From Octopus bimaculoides (taxonomy: Eukaryota): a stretch of 52,136 nucleotides of DNA. The stretch lies in NCBI RefSeq assembly GCF_001194135.2, contig NC_068986.1, forward strand, positions 17,292,402 through 17,344,537. Reading direction: 5' to 3'. This document shows, in pieces, positions 49,162 through 52,136 of the stretch (its first letter is position 1; each line of letters begins with the position of its first letter). The notes under the pieces are model-generated. The model was not told where the DNA came from and did not search any database. It was given only the letters and a program-made list of their open reading frames with translations. A program made the translations under genes and the position numbers.

Positions 49162-49846
49162 AACATAATTAAGGGATCAGCAAGCATTTGCTTCACTATA
49201 TACCGAAGTTCAGTTCAGTAATAAATGAATTATTAATTGTTGATTTATTAATAAATTAATAAATGGATAAATCTTTACTCTTTTAATTTGTAATATATAT
49301 ATATATATTAATGTCCAACGATTGAAAGTGTGCACATTGGGAAGTTTCTTCAACATGAAACCGTTTGTATCATGTCTTGACTCTTGTGAGACAATATACT
49401 TAATATTGAATATGTATATATTATATATACATATTAAAAAGTTTAAGAAAATCATGCACCTCCACCAGAATTCGAAACCGAAATGAACAAATGTACAAAC
49501 TAGGCAATTTAGTGGAAGCAGACTTTTAACAGCTTAAGTCTAAGAATTCCATTATAGAATTAGAACACAAGAACACCAGAAGATGTAAAGTATAGTATGG
49601 TTTCAGATTTAACCTCTACACCAGCGATTTTGAGGTGATCGGGTCAGTCGATAACATCGACCGAAGTAATTGACTGGTAGTTAATTTCAAATATGAAAAA
49701 TCGTTATTTCGAATCTTCAACGGGTTTGCTAGCTTCCCTCTAAGATAAAATATATTATTGTATGATCCAAAGCCTGCAGCAGCGTTCTTCTTTTATATAT
49801 GTGAGAATACACACATACATACACACATACGTACAAGCACAAACGC

Positions 49847-49893
<47 letters not shown>

Positions 49894-50922
49894 TATACAT
49901 AGATACATACTTGTACACATATATATATAGATAGACACATATACACACACATGTGTACGGGTGAAAGCATACATTAAAGAAAAGAATATTTGCTGCTCGG
50001 TCTTGTCACCAAAGTAAACGACGGGTCAAGATACACATCCACAACGCACGTCAGGAAGAGAGAAGCATAGATGATGCGAACACAGATATACAGGTCCATA
50101 AAGTTAGATATATCTACATGTGGGTACTCGTGACCAAATTAGCATTTACAACACACATATAGATATATTTATACATACATACATAATTATCCCCGTGCAT
50201 AACGACTTATATATATATATATATATATATNNNNNNNNNNNNNNNNNNNNNNNNNNNNNNNNNNNNNNNNNNNNNNNNNNNNNNNNNNNNNNNNNNNNNN
50301 NNNNNNNNNNNNNNNNNNNNNNNNNNNNNNNNNNNNNNNNNNNNNNNNNNNNNNNNNNNNNNNNNNNNNNNNNNNNNNNNNNNNNNNNNNNNNNNNNNNN
50401 NNNNNNNNNNNNNNNNNNNNNNNNNNNNNNNNNNNNNNNNNNNNNNNNNNNNNNNNNNNNNNNNNNNNNNNNNNNNNNNNNNNNNNNNNNNNNNNNNNNN
50501 NNNNNNNNNNNNNNNNNNNNNNNNNNNNNNNNNNNNNNNNNNNNNNNNNNNNNNNNNNNNNNNNNNNNNNNNNNNNNNNNNNNNNNNNNNNNNNNNNNNN
50601 NNNNNNNNNNNNNNNNNNNNNNNNNNNNNNNNNNNNNNNNNNNNNNNNNNNNNNNNNNNNNNNNNNNNNNNNNNNNNNNNNNNNNNNNNNNNNNNNNNNN
50701 NNNNNNNNNNNNNNNNNNNNNNNNNNNNNNNNNNNNNNNNNNNNNNNNNNNNNNNNNNNNNNNNNNNNNNNNNNNNNNNNNNNNNNNNNNNNNNNNNNNN
50801 NNNNNNNNNNNNNNNNNNNNNNNNNNNNNNNNNNNNNNNNNNNNNNNNNNNNNNNNNNNNNNNNNNNNNNNNNNNNNNNNNNNNNNNNNNNNNNNNNNNN
50901 NNNNNNNNNNNNNNNNNNNNNN

Positions 50923-50974
<52 letters not shown>

Positions 50975-51099
50975 GTGAACGGTCATACTTTCGTTTTTTT
51001 GTTTCCAAAGAAAGTTTCCTCCCAGAATCTAAGGAGATCACGCTCTGGATTGCTCCTTGAAGGAAGAATTAGCTCGTAGCGAAATGAGAGACGAGTAGA

Positions 51100-51330
51100 T
51101 ATGGAAGCCCGTTTGAGGAACAATTTATTATCTTGGCGTGACCTCATCCTTTACTCTGCCAACCCTTATGTAATGTAGCAAGCGTTTTTCCATCGTACTC
51201 CGCTCTGTTATTAGAATGTTGTCCAGATTCCTTTTCTAAGAACAACATTGATGCGGCTTTCGCCAACTTCCAGAAGCTTTGATAAGTGATAATCGGCATT
51301 GCTCTACATCTCAAAATTTCATAAATCCAC
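51100..51330 (+). pseudogene. Decayed RTE-like RT fragment
   Basis: Frame-shifted pieces WRDLIL (like NWRGITL), KRFSIVL, and GCGGCTTTCGCCAACTTCCAGAAGCTTTGATAAG (AAFxxFQKAFDK-like). Confidence 0.35.
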
Positions 51331-52047
51331 ACAAGCGCAAACACACAAAACACACACAGAACACACACAAACACGATACACATATACATTTATAAAAAGA
51401 TATATATGAATAGTGTATATAAGCATATACATATATATAAGGTTAAAATCTATATAAATTTTTTTCAAGTAGCCAGCGTATAAACCAATTACGGGAAGAA
51501 ATTAATACAAAGTGTCTAATTTTTTGTTTTATATATCAAGGGCAAATAATATCCCTTGATATATAAATATATATATATATATATAATCATAAAGATAGAT
51601 AGAAAGCTATTGTAGATAGATAAATAAATAGATGTTCATCTTAATTGCACGTACATAAATACGGTGTCACTTTGAAATAAATATTTGAATAAAATGTGGG
51701 AAGCGAGATCGCAATGGAGTTTAATTTGTAATATACCCTTACTCAGTATCTCTTTACATATTCAACAGAATAAACGAAAAAAAAAAAAAAAAAAGCAACA
51801 CACACACACACAAACAACTTTGGCACGGAAGCGAAACCTGAGCGTCTGCAATTGCAGTCGTTGATTATATCGCGATACATCCGAGCTCGTCTGTAAACAT
51901 GTATTCATGTGTATTCACATACGCATACACGGTGCTATAACTGCATGAATGCATATATTTCATAGTTGTGAATACAAAACACATACAGACACAGACATAC
52001 GTAAACATACGCATACACAAATTACATCTCTCTCTCTCTCTCTCTCT

Positions 52048-52136
<89 letters not shown>

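Noticed and set aside
192-52095. Most ORFs in the supplied track (poly-T/V/L/E/R, YIYI, CVCV, HTHT, X-rich)
   Set aside because: They are translations of microsatellites and N gaps, with no domain content.
1-52136. CRISPR arrays, operons or other prokaryotic/phage systems
   Set aside because: No repeat-spacer array or gene-dense region; the sequence is eukaryotic and repeat-derived.

Overview
Eukaryotic, AT-rich, microsatellite-saturated draft-assembly sequence with about 16 N gaps. No intact host gene, tRNA, rRNA, CRISPR or other prokaryotic feature is supported. Almost every listed ORF is a translated microsatellite or gap. From recall of the SINE families (inference, not a database result), this is a coleoid cephalopod, probably Octopus, intronic or intergenic region. 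Contents: more than 20 copies of one tRNA-derived SINE family (A), several other SINE families (labelled B, C, E, F here), decayed LINE pieces (R4/Dong-type RLE 3' ends, RTE- and CR1-like RT remnants), several MITEs (Tc1/pogo-like, hAT-like, a mariner foldback, a Helentron-type element) and many foldback structures. The most interesting observations are three. (1) A tRNA-headed SINE carries a minimal type I hammerhead-ribozyme motif of the Penelope type. (2) A 623-bp MITE with an 8-bp TSD is centred on a divergent (CCCTAA)n/(TTAGGG)n palindrome. (3) A mariner-derived element is built from two inverted copies of the transposase 3' end. All alignments and translations were done by eye, and the ends of decayed elements are approximate.
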